A stretch of DNA of 61,848 nucleotides, the filler included, from Kipferlia bialata (lineage: Eukaryota): assembly GCA_003568945.1 (NCBI GenBank). It is 4 parts of 4 records of this genome, joined end to end, with 100 filler letters (N's around TTAATTAATTAA, not from the genome) between each part and the next. Parts side by side here need not be neighbours in the genome. Positions count along the whole stretch, not along the records: positions 21,960 to 43,817 come from BDIP01000314.1; 3 more parts are not named here. The stretch is one strand, 5' to 3'. Shown here one piece after another: positions 24,870 to 38,355 of the stretch (its first letter is position 1; each line of letters begins with the position of its first letter). Both the position numbers and the translations under genes were made by a program. The notes below the pieces were generated by a model. It saw only the letters and a program-made list of their open reading frames with translations, had not been told where the DNA came from and ran no database searches.

Positions 24870-27800
24870 ACAAAGAGGGGTACCATACACACATCAATAT
24901 GTGTCTTGGAAAATAATCATTGATTGAGTGACATGTGTACCCTACCTGACTCCGTGGGACTGGAGGGTGGCAATGGAGTTGACAAGCTCTGGGGTGAGGT
25001 CACAGAGGGGAAACCTTAGTAATAATATTGAGCACTCACACCCACCTGCCCTAGACCCTCCCCTTCCATTGAGTCTGTAGGAGACAGGCTGGTAGTAGAA
25101 GTCCCAAGGGTTCATCTGGTCCTCCATTGGCTGCCAAGACATGACCTGGAGGTGAGGGGGAGAGAGGGAGAGAGCGAGTGAGAAGATATATATATAGAGA
25201 GAGAGCGGAAGGCACCTGCTCGTTGGCTGGGAAGAACCGAGCTCCCATGTAGCCTGCCTTGCCAAGGAACTCAGCCTCCTTAGCAATCTCAGAGTGGGGC
25301 CACCTGGCATGGGTGTGTGGGCGGGCATGAAGTGTATATAGTATATGCAGGAACAGTGTATGACAGAGAAATGATATGCCACACCCGAAGAACTCTACGA
25401 GTGCTCCCCTCTGTCCATCTCCCTGGAGGGTGTATGGGTTGTGGGTCATCCAGTAGAAGTACACGTCGTCTGAGATAAGGAGGAGAGCGAGAACAACAAG
25501 TGGCCACGAATACAGTACCATATACATACATACACACATACACATACACATATATACACGCACCGATGGGCAGGATGTACTCGTCTGAGTATCCGTTGAG
25601 CCTGACAGACACAGTGAGGGGTCTCTGGATGGTGCTGTGGGAGGCCTGGGAGATGCTCTTCTGACACGTGAGAGGGTGAATGTACACAAACACTCAGAGA
25701 CTACACTACCCACTGCACCCACCCCCATACATACCTGTCTGGATGTGCCCTCCACCCCATCCCATGTCACCAGGACGGCAGCCTCTATCTCTGGGGTCTT
25801 GGCCACCACATTCAGCCTCACAGTGGCGCTGGTCCTGTCCTAGGCGTGAGACACAGGGGGTGCATATATGAATGGATATACAGACACCCACAGTTTCCCC
25901 CCACCTGGCTGTACCAGATGGACACCCATGCGCTGTAGAGGGAGTACCCGTGGAAGTCAGGGCTGGGGTGAGACACACACACTGACTCACACAGGTAGAT
26001 AGACCCTGCCCAGCACCAGGTGTAGCACTGACCTGTAGTTGGGGCTGGTGGGCTTGGGGGTCTGCCACCTATTGGCCTCGAAGGAGGGGTCGGTCACAAT
26101 GCAGTCCCCGGCACAGGAGTTGATGGAGTATAGCTCACACCTGACAGTTAGGGGTGGATCATGGGTTGAACGGTTGAATGACACACACATACCCGGGTAG
26201 GACTGGGGCAGGGCACTGGGTCATGCAGGTGCCATCTGGGCACTCCTGGTAGCCATCGGCACAGGTCCTGGGGTCAGGGGTGGACGTGTGGGTGGTATTG
26301 GACACACACATATATATGGCATTGCACTCATATACTCATATACTCATATACTCATACACCCACCTGATGCACTCCCCCATGGTGCATGTGGCAGAGAGGG
26401 TGGATGCATTGGGAAGGCACACCTCCCCACACCCCCCACAGTTGTACACATCGGATGAGACATCTGTGTTGCACATCCCTGGGACAGTGGAGCAGGAGTC
26501 GAACCCCTCGGCACACACACACCCGAGGGCGGTGTCGCAGGTGCCGTTGTCGCCTAACAGTTAGGTACTAGAGGGTGGAATAGAGTATGAGACAGTGTCT
26601 CACTCACCGCAGTAGGACCCGTCCTCATAGTCACAGGTGCCGCTACAGTCTGGGAGGTAGGACCTGGGGTGAGGAAGGGGGATGGGGGATGGAAGAGGAC
26701 TGACAGATACAACTTTTGTGCACCAATTCATTCACTCACCCGTCGTTACACTTGCAGACTCCGTCCAGGCAGTTTCCATTGCCGTTACAGTCACCTGTGT
26801 GTCAGAAAGAACAATAGTCTGAGGATCTACACAGAAATACTTGTCACAATACCTGGGCAGCCCTTAGGGTATGTGGCGATTGTGTCTACCGTGTGGCTGC
26901 TGGAGTGTGTGACGTACACTCCGGGGGATGACACGGAGTAGTTGGCGTTGTTGTCGTTATCCCAGCTCATGCCTGAGGGTAAGAAGAGCAGGGTACTCCA
27001 CCACTACACCATCCTCACATATCCATATATACATATCCCCCATCACGCACCATCTGTGAAGACGTAGTCGAGGGTGTTGGCAGGGATCAGCAGCACATAC
27101 ATGTCTGTGACTGGGGTGTTGTTGGGACCCACAGAGGTGGGGGTCATCTCATGGCCTAGCGGTAAGGGGGATGCGATATAGAACGAAAATGCGCCATCCT
27201 GCAAAAGCCTCACGACATATGTAGTATGAGAGGCTCCACCCCACCTGGCAGCTCGTCCCAGTCTGTGATGTCGGTCTTGTAGTGGATGTACACGGTGGGG
27301 GCAGTGCTGAACATTCCATTGGACACGTCATAGTACATCTGGACATAGCCAGGGCCTGGTGTGAGGGGGGACAGTCATATATATACAGAGGGTAAGGAAG
27401 ATGACGGACACCTGGTCCTATGGGGCAGTCGATGTTGCATGTGTTGTCGGGACAGAGCTGGAACCCATCCAGACACACACTGGGGGTCAGAGGGGAGGCA
27501 GAGAGAGAGAGAGAGAGAGAGACTGAGTGATACATACCGGTTGCATGTACCGTTGTCACAGTTGGCGGTGCGGTCATTGGCTCCTGGGAGTGAGTGTATG
27601 GGAGACTATTCTCACAGTACAGTAGTAATAATAGTATATATATACCTAGCAGACACTCGAGGCCGCATGCCCCGCAGTTGAGGTCATCGTTGTCGAGGTT
27701 GACACCACAGGGACTGTCGTCTGAACATGTGGTGTAGTCTGCGGATGAGCCAGAATTAGAAACGGAATGACGAAGAGAAGGGTTGTTCCCCACCATAATA

Positions 27801-28723
27801 TGGGATAGACAGATGTGTAACAGTCGTACCGTCAGCGCAGAGACAGTCACTGGAGGCCAGGCACTGCCCAGCCCCACATGCCCCATCAGCTGTGCACTCC
27901 ACAGGTAGGGGGGATACACGGCTGCAGTGAGGGTAAAAAAGAGAGCGGTGGCAAGGGGATGTATGAGGCTGTGATAATGATACGTACTTGTCGGCAACCT
28001 CGTAGGTACCCACTTCACTGATCTCGTAGTTCATGCCACCGTTGTTGTCCCAGGTCTAGAGGTCAGAAGGGGTAGCCATAGCTGGTATTATAATTACATG
28101 TCTGGCAATGCAAGGAACACTCACGTTGTGTCCATCGTTGAATACACAGGACATGCTCTCCAGGGCCTCATCGGCAGCCAGGAAGAACTCGCCATTCCTA
28201 GACAGTCAGAGAGGAGTATCTACAATGAGGAGAAAGGATAGGTTCATCAAAGCAATGTGAAGTGTCTTACATAACAGAGGGCAACACTTGACCCCAGCAG
28301 TACAATGTATGAGATATGCTGACGCACCTGACATCCATGGGCACTCCTGGGGGCACGGTCCACTCACCACCTGGCGTCACAACACACTGGATGGTAAACA
28401 GTAATGTACGTATATGTATGTACAGGTACGATATTCATATTTGAGTCTACATAGCATATACCAACTCACCATCGACCTGGTAGTGCATGTAGGCCTGATC
28501 CCAGGTGGACTGATAGTACACACCGATACCCTAGCGGTGAGAAAGACATATTGTCTATGGCTAGTGAGTTAAGGAACGGGAGTCGGTGCGGACCAATTGG
28601 ATTGGCTGTCCTGACAAGTGATAGAAATACCTGCTCCTGGTACTTGACATCCTTCCGGAGGAAGGGCCATGCCTGTGCGGCACAGATTAGGGCCAGCACG
28701 GCTACCACAGGGAGAAGACGCAT
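24658..28723 (-). CDS. Secreted modular alpha-amylase (GH13): signal peptide, two CBM25-like starch-binding modules, Cys-rich/EGF-like repeats; catalytic domain truncated
   Basis: Leader MRLLPVVAVLALICAAQA. CBM signatures AYMHY...WTVPPGVPM...CVFNDG.TWDNNGGMNY and YVFTDG.SWDNDNNANY. Cys repeats DDLNCGACG and DVYNCGGCG. GH13 start GQRGALVEFFGWPHSEIAKEAEFLGKAGYMG...NPWDFYYQPVSYRL...LQSHGVR. Confidence 0.8.
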
Positions 28724-28915
28724 GCTTCAGGCTGTGTTGAAGAGATGATGGTCCAAGTTGATTGAACAATCAGGAAGGGTTTGCTAATATTCTCAGGATC
28801 TCGGCACAAAGGTTTTAAGCGACCAAAAAACACATCTCCATAGGGGTTTAGCGCTTGTACGTCGTACAGTACGATCCTGTCTCTGACAGGAGCCCAAGGA
28901 AAGGAGTGTTAGCAG
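28724..28915. promoter_or_regulatory. Putative bidirectional promoter between amylase and HBS1
   Basis: About 190 bp between divergent ATGs. Confidence 0.45.
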
Positions 28916-31900
28916 ATGGCGAAGAAACGGAGAGAGAAGAAAGGGAAGGGGAAGGTATGATGAGTGGTGGTGCAGACGTTGCCGGGGTGATCACTTTCGT
29001 CACTGATTTCCACTGTTCACATTGAATTGGTCTGCACTCCACACACTAGTACGTGTGGAGTGTCACAACAGCATGTCTATTTATGAAGTATTTACATAAG
29101 ACGTACACTAAATGGTGACCCCCCCCCCCCCTCCTCCCCCTCCTCCCCCTTCCCGTCTCAACATGTACCAAGTGCCTCTCCAGTGGTATGTCTGAATGCA
29201 CTCCCCCCCCTCTCACCCATAGACCATGCTGTCCCTGGACATTGGGTCAGACGTGCCTGCCCCTGCCCCTGTGGAGGAGCCAGTAGAGGAGGAGAGGGGA
29301 GAGACCCTGGATGAGAGGTAGATACACAGTGGTCATTGCTATACCCTAGTTCCATAGCCAGTATCCCATTGCCACACCCACCCTCAGGGTCAAGTCTAGC
29401 ATCAGGGCCAATCTCAGCCACACAAACAGGAGCATTGGGTCCAGTCTGGGCCGCTCTCTGGGCCAGTCCCTCGAGAGCAGACACAGGCTCAGGTATCAGT
29501 GGGTGGTTGTATATATTACATGTCCTGATGAGTGGGGTACATTGCCTCCCATCACAGATTCATACTCTAATGGTTTAAGCACCTTTGGAAAGGACATCCC
29601 CCCCCCCCCCTTTCCTTCCTTACCCCAGGGAGGACAGCGACAGTGACTCGCTAGGGGATGACGGCATGGACGGGGCCTTTGACGACTATGAGTACAGCAA
29701 GGGGAGGTGCGTAGCTGGCTGTAGTGTAGTCTGAGTCATGGTGGGTACATACAATTCATGTACACTGTGTCTCTAGTGTAGAGTCTTTATTTCAGGGTGT
29801 TTGCCGTTGGTAGGCCCACCCCCCAGGTGTCCAAGAGACCCAGCCCAGTAGGTACGGGGTGTATAGACTGATTGGGTTACACTGATACGACCTAGTCCTT
29901 TGGATGGCTCAGTCATGGGACACACTCACCCTCCTTACCCTAGGGTCCCAGCCTGTGTCGAGGGCTGGGTCCAGGAAGCCCTCCCCCAGTGGCTCCACTG
30001 CCAACTCTCCCATGGCTAGCCCCAGGTGGGGTGTTGGTCTCTCCCTATACCTCTCTATATCCCCTCTCCCTTCGTCTTACCCTAGAGTGGGTGCCAAGCG
30101 GTTCCCGACCTCGGGGGGCACAGGGGGAGTGGTGGGTAGCCTGGCTGCCTGTAAGAAGTGGCTGGTCAAGAGCAGGGAGAAGGTGGGGGGGATTGTGTCA
30201 GACGTGTATTATCTATGTGCTCTCTGCCCGTTCTATTATTCACCTAACCCAGGCTGAGAAGGCCGCCCTTGAGTCATGCACCCAGCACATATCCGGCAGT
30301 GCAGTCAGTGTCATGGTCGTGGGTACGCAGGAGACATATACCCTGTACCGTTCAAATTCCACCTTCCTCTCTGCCCTCTGTCTTCCTCTCTCCTTCACCC
30401 CAGGTCACGTTGACTCTGGCAAGAGTACCCTGCTGGGTCACCTCCTGGTGTCACTAGGTATGCTGGGTTCTATGCTTCTACCACCTATCTTCACCCTCTC
30501 TCTGTATATACACACATGCACCTGACCCCCCTAGGCCTTGTGGATCAGAGGGAGCACCACAAGCACAAGCAGGAGTCCGCCAACATGGGCAAGGTACCAT
30601 AGCGATACAAGTTCCATTACAGTGTAGGAATCAAGGGTGTCCCTCTAATATAGCCACTCCCGACCCGAAAGGCCTGCTTGTCCTGTATAGATATGAATAT
30701 ATACATATATCCATTTTATATATATCTAATATTCCCCAGGCCTCCTTCTCCTACGCATGGGCCCTGGATAGCGGCAAGAGAGAGCGCACCTCAGGTGTGA
30801 CCATCGATGTGGCTGTGCGTGCCGTGCCTGTACCCTCCACCATAGTGGGGGGGGACCACGACCTGCCCCTCATTGTGATGGACTGCCCAGGACACAGGTG
30901 CTCTCTCACGCTCTGCTCTCATACTGTATGTACCTACCTTACTATTAATACCCCCCCCCCCTCTTTCATCCTAACCATTAGGGACTATGTGTCCAATGTC
31001 ATCACTGCATGTGGAGTGCCAGACTGCGGTGTGCTTGTGGTGTCAGGTGCTGTCAACGAGATGGAGACAGGTCTCTTCAAGGTATGGGGATGCCTTGCCC
31101 CTGGACCACTGTAGTATAGTAGTAGTATATCCCCCCCGCCCCTGTCTAACCCTCTAGGGAGGCCAGACAGTGGAGCATGCCCAGCTACTAAGGGCAGTGT
31201 CCACCAGGGCCGTGATAGTGGCTGTCAACAAGCTGGACACCCTACCAGCTGACAAGCAGAGGGACAGGTTCATAGAGGTCGTCAAGGTGGGGGCACATTT
31301 ATGTGTTATATGAAGAGTGTCCATTAACGCTGTCCCTGACCCCCCAGGCTGTGGGTCCCCTCCTGCAGAAGAGGCTGAGGCTTCGGAAGGTGGCCTTTGT
31401 ACCCGTGAGTGGGCTGGCCGGGACCAACCTTATATCCAGCACAGGTGGGGTGGGGTATGTACAGTCTAGGTGTCTGTTGCTGCACAGGTCTCTCTTCAGC
31501 AGACCCCCCTGACCCCAGGCGAGGACCCCACCTCTGTGTTCCCCTGGTGGGACATGAGAGATGCAGAGCTGGCAAAGCTCACCTTCACCCCCAAGGAGTG
31601 CACAGAGAGGGCTGAGGCAGCAGCAAAGTGAGTGAGGTGGTGTATTGTGACTCTGTCAGATGGTACTGTCTCTCTACTGTATCCACCCCTATCCCACCCC
31701 CAGGTCTCTCAAGACAGCTGTGGCTGCTGGCACTGTCGGCTCTACAGTGACCGGTACAGTCATGGGCCCCACCCTAGTGCAATCCATGCTGCCAGTGTAC
31801 AGGGTGAGACTCTCCCACTATATATCCCCCCCCCTCTCTCTCTACCCCTCTACCCTCCAGTCCAAGCAGGGTGCCAGCAGTGAGGCCAGGGCCAAGCAGC

Positions 31901-33096
31901 CACCCAGGCTAGTTGTGCTGGGTGGGGGTGTGGTGGCCCAGGGGTCAGACCAGATGATGGCCACAGGGTGCCCACACGGTACGTCTCTGTCTCTCTCCCT
32001 ATGTCTATGTTGCACACACACTCTTTCTATCTCTTACTCCAGGTGCCTTTGCGTCCGTGTATGTCGACAGGGGACACCTTGTTCGCAACGCCCCTCTCCT
32101 CCTCTCCCCCTCCAACCTGCTGGTCACCGCCAAGGACTTCAGACCCATGGCAGGCAGGAGGAAGGGTGGCTACTTCTACAGGTATGGGGGTGTCTAGTCT
32201 TGTGTCTCTTTTAGTGTCTCTAGTGCTCTATCAATAATGTATCTCCCCCCTCCTCATCTATAGGGCCGGTGAGTACGTGGACGTGTGGCTGGAGGCCGCC
32301 CCCCACCAGCTGCCCTCTGCCTCTGCCACATCCCCAGACGCCCAGGTACTCTCTCTCTCCCTCTCCTATACTCTGTCAATCCTACCCCCCCTTCCCTCTC
32401 CCACCCCCAGGACATAGCCGATGCCTGTGTGCCAGGGGCAGTGCTGGACTTTGGAGGACTGCCAGTGCCCACAAGGTATGTATATATGTATATGTTAATT
32501 TGTGTGAATAGCTTCGTCTCTATGTCTCTTCTATCCCCCCCTCACTGTAGGGACCCCTGGGTGTGCCCCATTGTGGACAGGATCAAGTGCCGCATCAGGA
32601 CATCCGACATGGAGAGGGCCCTGATCGTGGGTGACAGTGTCGATGTGTACATCGGGGTGTGCTCCATCGGGGCCACCCTCAACAGAATCAACAAGGTGGG
32701 TGTGCATGTATATAATCATGCACGGATCCCTGCAGTCGACACTATGAAGTCCACATCCCTGTTTCCTGACCATCAGGTGTTTGACCGCACTGGTGCCATT
32801 GAGAAGAGACGCCCCACCTCTCTGGGCTCCAACAGGGATGCCCTGGTTGACCTTGTCCTGTCGACACATGCCATGTGCTCACTCTATGCATCAGGTGCCC
32901 ATACCTTACCCATCTTGCATAGAATCACGTAGGCAGTGTATAGGATCATGGTGACACATCTTGTATTGATGTTTTGTAGTCTGTACATATCCCCCCTCAC
33001 CGCTAGGCTCCCGTGTGCTGGGGAGGGTTGTTGTCAGACTGGCAGGCAAGACTGTCGCAGTGGGTGTGGTTGAGAAGGTGCAGGAGGTCATGAAGT

Positions 33097-33098
<2 letters not shown>
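28916..33098 (+). CDS. HBS1: HBS1-like translational GTPase (eEF1A/eRF3 family), multi-exon
   Basis: G1 VVGHVDSGKSTLLGHLL, GKASFSYAWALD, ERTSGVTID, DCPGHRDY, GGQTVEHA, VAVNKLD, FVPVSGLAGTNL; C-terminal LGRVVVRLAGKTVAVGVV; long low-complexity N-terminus. Confidence 0.85.
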
Positions 33099-33139
<41 letters not shown>

Positions 33140-33443
33140 AGAGGATGTGTACGACTGTGGTATTCGAGGTTTCAAGAGGGTGTGAGAGTATCTAGGTCTT
33201 GACAGTGGTTGTACGACGTGGCTGAAGGCGTGGTAGAGATGTGTGAGGTTTCTATTTATTGTGGCGAATATACTCATACAAGTGAGCAATGTGTTAGGTT
33301 GAGAGGTCTTTAGAAGTCGTGCAGTGAGTGGTTACAAGGTATATACTAGCCAACAACGTATATCACTAACAGTAATTCAACGTCTATTCTAATACAGTAG
33401 GGTGTCTTGTCACACATATATACGAATGACCACCCGAGTCTCC

Positions 33444-34890
33444 TCACACCACCCCTGTCCCAGCCTGGTATGTAGATGTCAATCTCTCCTTGAGCTCTGC
33501 GTCACCCGGCCTGACGTAGTGCTTGGGCTTGTGGAAGAGGTAGTACCACACCAGGGCACAAGGGAGGCCGATGAAGCCTGGGATTAGGGATGGTGAGGGG
33601 AGGTAGACTCAAGCATCACTGGGTATCCGAAGGACAGTGTACAGCATACATTGAGTGGTGTTGTTAGTGATACTACCTAGCAGCTCGCATATCTGGGAGA
33701 CTGTTGGGTCCTTGTAGAGGTGGCACCCGACAAGGTCATCGTGGAAGAACTAGGAGTTAGACTATATGGATCAGGAGGGTATCAGATGCAGCTGTGAACC
33801 GTCTGTACCAGGATGTAACAATGATGTGACAACGCCAATGGTGTATTCATAGTATGAATCATACTTGTACCACTATATAGAATGTAACGTACCTTGTCCC
33901 AGAATGTCTGTGTTGGCACACTTGGGTCAAGGGGGTTGATGGAGCTGGGGTCAGTAAGTGAGAGAGCTCTACAATGTGAAGTTACATCCGTATATACCTG
34001 AAGAACAGGGGCAGGAGGGGTGCGTAGTGGTCTGTCCAGGGCATGCATATACAGTCCAGGGTCCAGTGGGAGAAGAAGACACCTGGGTTAGGGAGAGATG
34101 GAATTGTATGTAACGTACAGAGCATGTATTGACAGGAGGTGTTAGGGTACCCGCGAGGATGGCGGATGTCCTGATGTTGTGGTTGGTGATGAGGTAGCTG
34201 ATGCCAAACACAATGGCGGCCTCGATTAGGTTGTTGCACAGGCCTGGGGGTTACAAGAGAGAGGAAGGAAAGAGTGACCGAGTGAGACGTGTTGGGGTAG
34301 AATAGTGAGAGGGAACATATCCATGACCATACCGTGTGTCACCCAGTAGTATGCCCCAACCACCTGGCCCTGAGGGTACTGGGTGTGAGACACATATATG
34401 CATATATACATGCATATACACGAATATATAGTATATATTATATACATATATACTCTTGGCAATGCGAGTGTAAGTATATGAACATATAGTGTTACCTCCG
34501 GTGTGACTGTGAGGGGTCCCACGATGAATCCCTCTAGGTCTGGGAGATAGCTGACGTAAGAAAACTAGAGAACGGCAGAGATGGGACAATCCTGATACTG
34601 TGACAATGAAGATAGTATATATCTGACGCACCATAGCACTAGCAGGATGGCTACATTGACATAGGGGACCAGGGGGTGCAGGCACACGGCTAGGGTGAAG
34701 TGAGGCCTGGGAGTGAGAGATGTCCATTATTTTACACGTATTATATGAAGGAGCAGCAAATGAGAGAGTTCAATCTCTCAATAGTGGTTTCAAGAAACGA
34801 GCCTAAACAAGAGATACAGGAACCAGATAGAGCGTAGCACACACTGTGCTAGTCTATACTAAGTCTTACATACTGTACTCACCAAAACAT
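33444..34890 (-). CDS. Membrane-bound metal-dependent hydrolase-like protein (bacterial YbcI/YdjM type), multi-exon
   Basis: Spliced MFWPHFTLAVCL...PDLE...YYWVTHGL...AILAGVFFSHWTLDCI...PLLPLFF. The H / PD / TH / SHxxLD pattern sits within TM segments. Confidence 0.6.
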
Positions 34891-35363
34891 CACTGGTGCA
34901 TAGAAGTAGGTCCCCAATTTTACGATTCCGACCCCCTCACTAATACAATGGGTTTAATCAATGGAGTTGAGGGTAAGTTGTTCCAGAATATGAGTCTTGT
35001 GTTCAAAATCTTCATGTTTGTTGCTCTACTTCAAGTCCGTCACTGTTAATCACTAGCATTTCAGCGTAGAAGCCCCTAAGCAGGTCAATAGGTTCGTTAT
35101 ATGATTAGGACGTCTTGACAATAATTCGGTCACCGATCGGTGTCATTGTTAAGGTTAACCTTGGCGCAGATGCTACTAAGTATGCTGACTGTTTCCTATC
35201 ACATGTGGTAAGAGCTACATTATACATCACTCCAGACACCTTCCACGCTTAACTCTATTAATTCATACACTACTATCATAATATACACTGTCTCTACATT
35301 GGGACCAACTACATCATACATACACTGCACCCTCTCTGACACTACCCACTCCTATACCATCCT

Positions 35364-35764
35364 CTACACATGCACCCTCCCCCTGGGCGTGGCTGATCCT
35401 GCCCTGGACCCCTTACCTATGGGGTATATGATGACAGCCAGGCATATGGCCTCAATGAGGTTGGCTGGGGCAACGGCATACTGGTATATGGTGCTGTCCT
35501 CGACCCTTGTCAGCACCAGGAGGCATATGAAGGCTAGGCAGTATGCCCCATAGACCCAGGGCAGAATGTCCAGCTTGGCAAGGCGCTTCTTGCTCTTCCG
35601 ACCCCTCTTGGCACCCCGTCTGGTGGGGGAGTGCATGCTGGCCATGCCTAAGGTAAGAGGGGGGGGGGGGGGGGGGGGGGGTGGGGGAAGAGAGAGAGAG
35701 AGAAGCCTTGGAGGGCATGCCGTGGTCATGCACAACCTATAGTGAGTACTCTAAGAGATAGAGG

Positions 35765-35795
<31 letters not shown>

Positions 35796-36405
35796 CTGGG
35801 TGCCTTGGAGGGCATACCGTGGTCATGCACTACCTAGGGAATTAGATATATATGTATACATATCTAAAAATATACATATATATATAGAGAGAGAGAGAGA
35901 GAAGCCTGGGGGCCTTGGAGAGCATGGCGTGGTCATGTACATAAGTATACATACATATATTCATTATAGTATAGTGTATCAATACCTGGACCAGGAATGT
36001 GAGTCCGTAGATGTCCCAAACAGTGTGCTTGAGGGCTGTATAGTGTAGTATACTATATATATTTAAAACAAATTACATATATATACATATATACTATATA
36101 CATATAGTAATATAGTACCTGCACCAGGAATGTGAGCCCGTATATGTCACCGCATGTGGTGAAGTACTTCAGGGCTGTGTTCTTGAACTTGGACACGGCC
36201 AGACAGGACACGCCGTGGTGGGAGTACCTAGTAATTAGATATACATGTATATATACATATATATATACACCTCTCTATGTCTGTCCACATTCCTCAGCAT
36301 ATTGCACTGTGACCCCCCCTCTCTCTCTCAATACATATATATATATACACACACGTATATATATTCTTTTATACATACCTCAGTAGACTGCCCTGTGTCA
36401 CTACG

Positions 36406-36447
<42 letters not shown>

Positions 36448-36566
36448 CATATACATCTATACACACCTCAGCAGACTGCCCTGTGTCACCCTGTCTTTCT
36501 CTCTCTCTCTCTCTATATATATATACATATACATCTATACACACCTCAGCAGACTGCTCTGTGTCA

Positions 36567-36617
<51 letters not shown>

Positions 36618-37580
36618 CATATACATCTATACATACCTCAGCAGACTGCTCTGTGTCACCCAGCCTCTCTCTCTCTCTCTCCATACAAATATAGTGTATC
36701 TATCTATATACCTCAGCAGACTGCCCTGTGTCACCCTGTCCCTCTCGAGTCCCTCCCCGGTGTTGAGTCTGTCAGTCTCCTGGGGTCAGTCTATATATAT
36801 GTATTTTTGTACATATACATATATAGACACCGCCCGCCGAACTACCACTCCATACCTTCCCCAGAGAGTATGATGCCACTTGGTTGACAACCTGCAGACC
36901 AACGTAAATATATTCACGTATATATACATAGGGTATCAGATACTATGTATAGTATAGTGATGTACTGTATATTGTATGTAGTATATAATATATATACCTT
37001 CTCCAAAGAGTATGATGCCACTTGGTTGACAAGCTGCAGACCAACCGATGTGACCTGCTGCATGCTGTCGGCCATGAGCCTAGAATGTTAGACATACAGT
37101 ATAATATACACACACACTATATATATATATAATACAAGACATTACATAAAATGAATTACATATTCATTAATAGTGTATGTGACCTGCTGCATGCTGTCGG
37201 CCATCAGTCTGGGGGTTAGATATAGTATATATATACACATATATATATATATATATTACAAGACATTACATAAATGAATTACATATTCATTAATAGTATA
37301 TGTGACCTGCTGCATGCTGTGGCCATCAGTCTGGGGGGTAAGTATACATAGACTATATATACACTATACATAAGAACACATATACATAGTATATACACAT
37401 ATATATAGTATATACCCGGCTGCATGCTGTCGACGGCCATGAGCCTCAGGTTGAGGTACATACACATAAGACGATAAGAGAAATACTAATCCAAATACAC
37501 CCAAGGGTTAAGGATCCATTTACTTGACCATATAGTCATTGTATACATACATACTATTCATTACCTAGCTGCAGCTGCCA
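35364..37580 (-). CDS. Hypothetical membrane protein, 5' end in scaffold gap
   Basis: Terminal exon has two hydrophobic helices (LDILPWVYGAYCLAFICLLVL; LIEAICLAVIIYP). Upstream exons read YSHHGVSCLAVSKFKNTALKYF and LMADSMQQVTSVGLQLVNQ. Confidence 0.5.
36291..36740 (-). repeat. Intronic donor-side exon-echo array (about 6 copies)
   Basis: ACCTCAGCAGACTGCCCTGTGTCACC variants at ~36291, 36377, 36465, 36543, 36635 and 36710 (real). Confidence 0.9.
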
Positions 37581-37627
37581 GTGCCACCTCGCACTGCCTG
37601 TCCCCCCCCCCCCCCGCCCGCTGGCGG

Positions 37628-38159
37628 NNNNNNNNNNNNNNNNNNNNNNNNNNNNNNNNNNNNNNNNNNNNNNNNNNNNNNNNNNNNNNNNNNNNNNNNN
37701 NNNNNNNNNNNNNNNNNNNNNNNNNNNNNNNNNNNNNNNNNNNNNNNNNNNNNNNNNNNNNNNNNNNNNNNNNNNNNNNNNNNNNNNNNNNNNNNNNNNN
37801 NNNNNNNNNNNNNNNNNNNNNNNNNNNNNNNNNNNNNNNNNNNNNNNNNNNNNNNNNNNNNNNNNNNNNNNNNNNNNNNNNNNNNNNNNNNNNNNNNNNN
37901 NNNNNNNNNNNNNNNNNNNNNNNNNNNNNNNNNNNNNNNNNNNNNNNNNNNNNNNNNNNNNNNNNNNNNNNNNNNNNNNNNNNNNNNNNNNNNNNNNNNN
38001 NNNNNNNNNNNNNNNNNNNNNNNNNNNNNNNNNNNNNNNNNNNNNNNNNNNNNNNNNNNNNNNNNNNNNNNNNNNNNNNNNNNNNNNNNNNNNNNNNNNN
38101 NNNNNNNNNNNNNNNNNNNNNNNNNNNNNNNNNNNNNNNNNNNNNNNNNNNNNNNNNNN
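37628..38159. other. Scaffold gap (N run)
   Basis: Run of N next to poly-C tracts. Confidence 0.95.
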
Positions 38160-38355
38160 TATGGGCAGATTTTTCTCACCCCCCCCCCCCCCCCCCCGCC
38201 TCCAGTCTACTTGCATCCTCCATACCTTCTATCCTTTTCTCTATCCATTTGTCCTTTCCCCTGCCTCCACCTAGCGTAATGAGGAGGGCAGATACCCCCT
38301 CTATCCCTCTTTCTATACTTCTATTCCCCCAAACGGTATACATACCTTACCCTAG

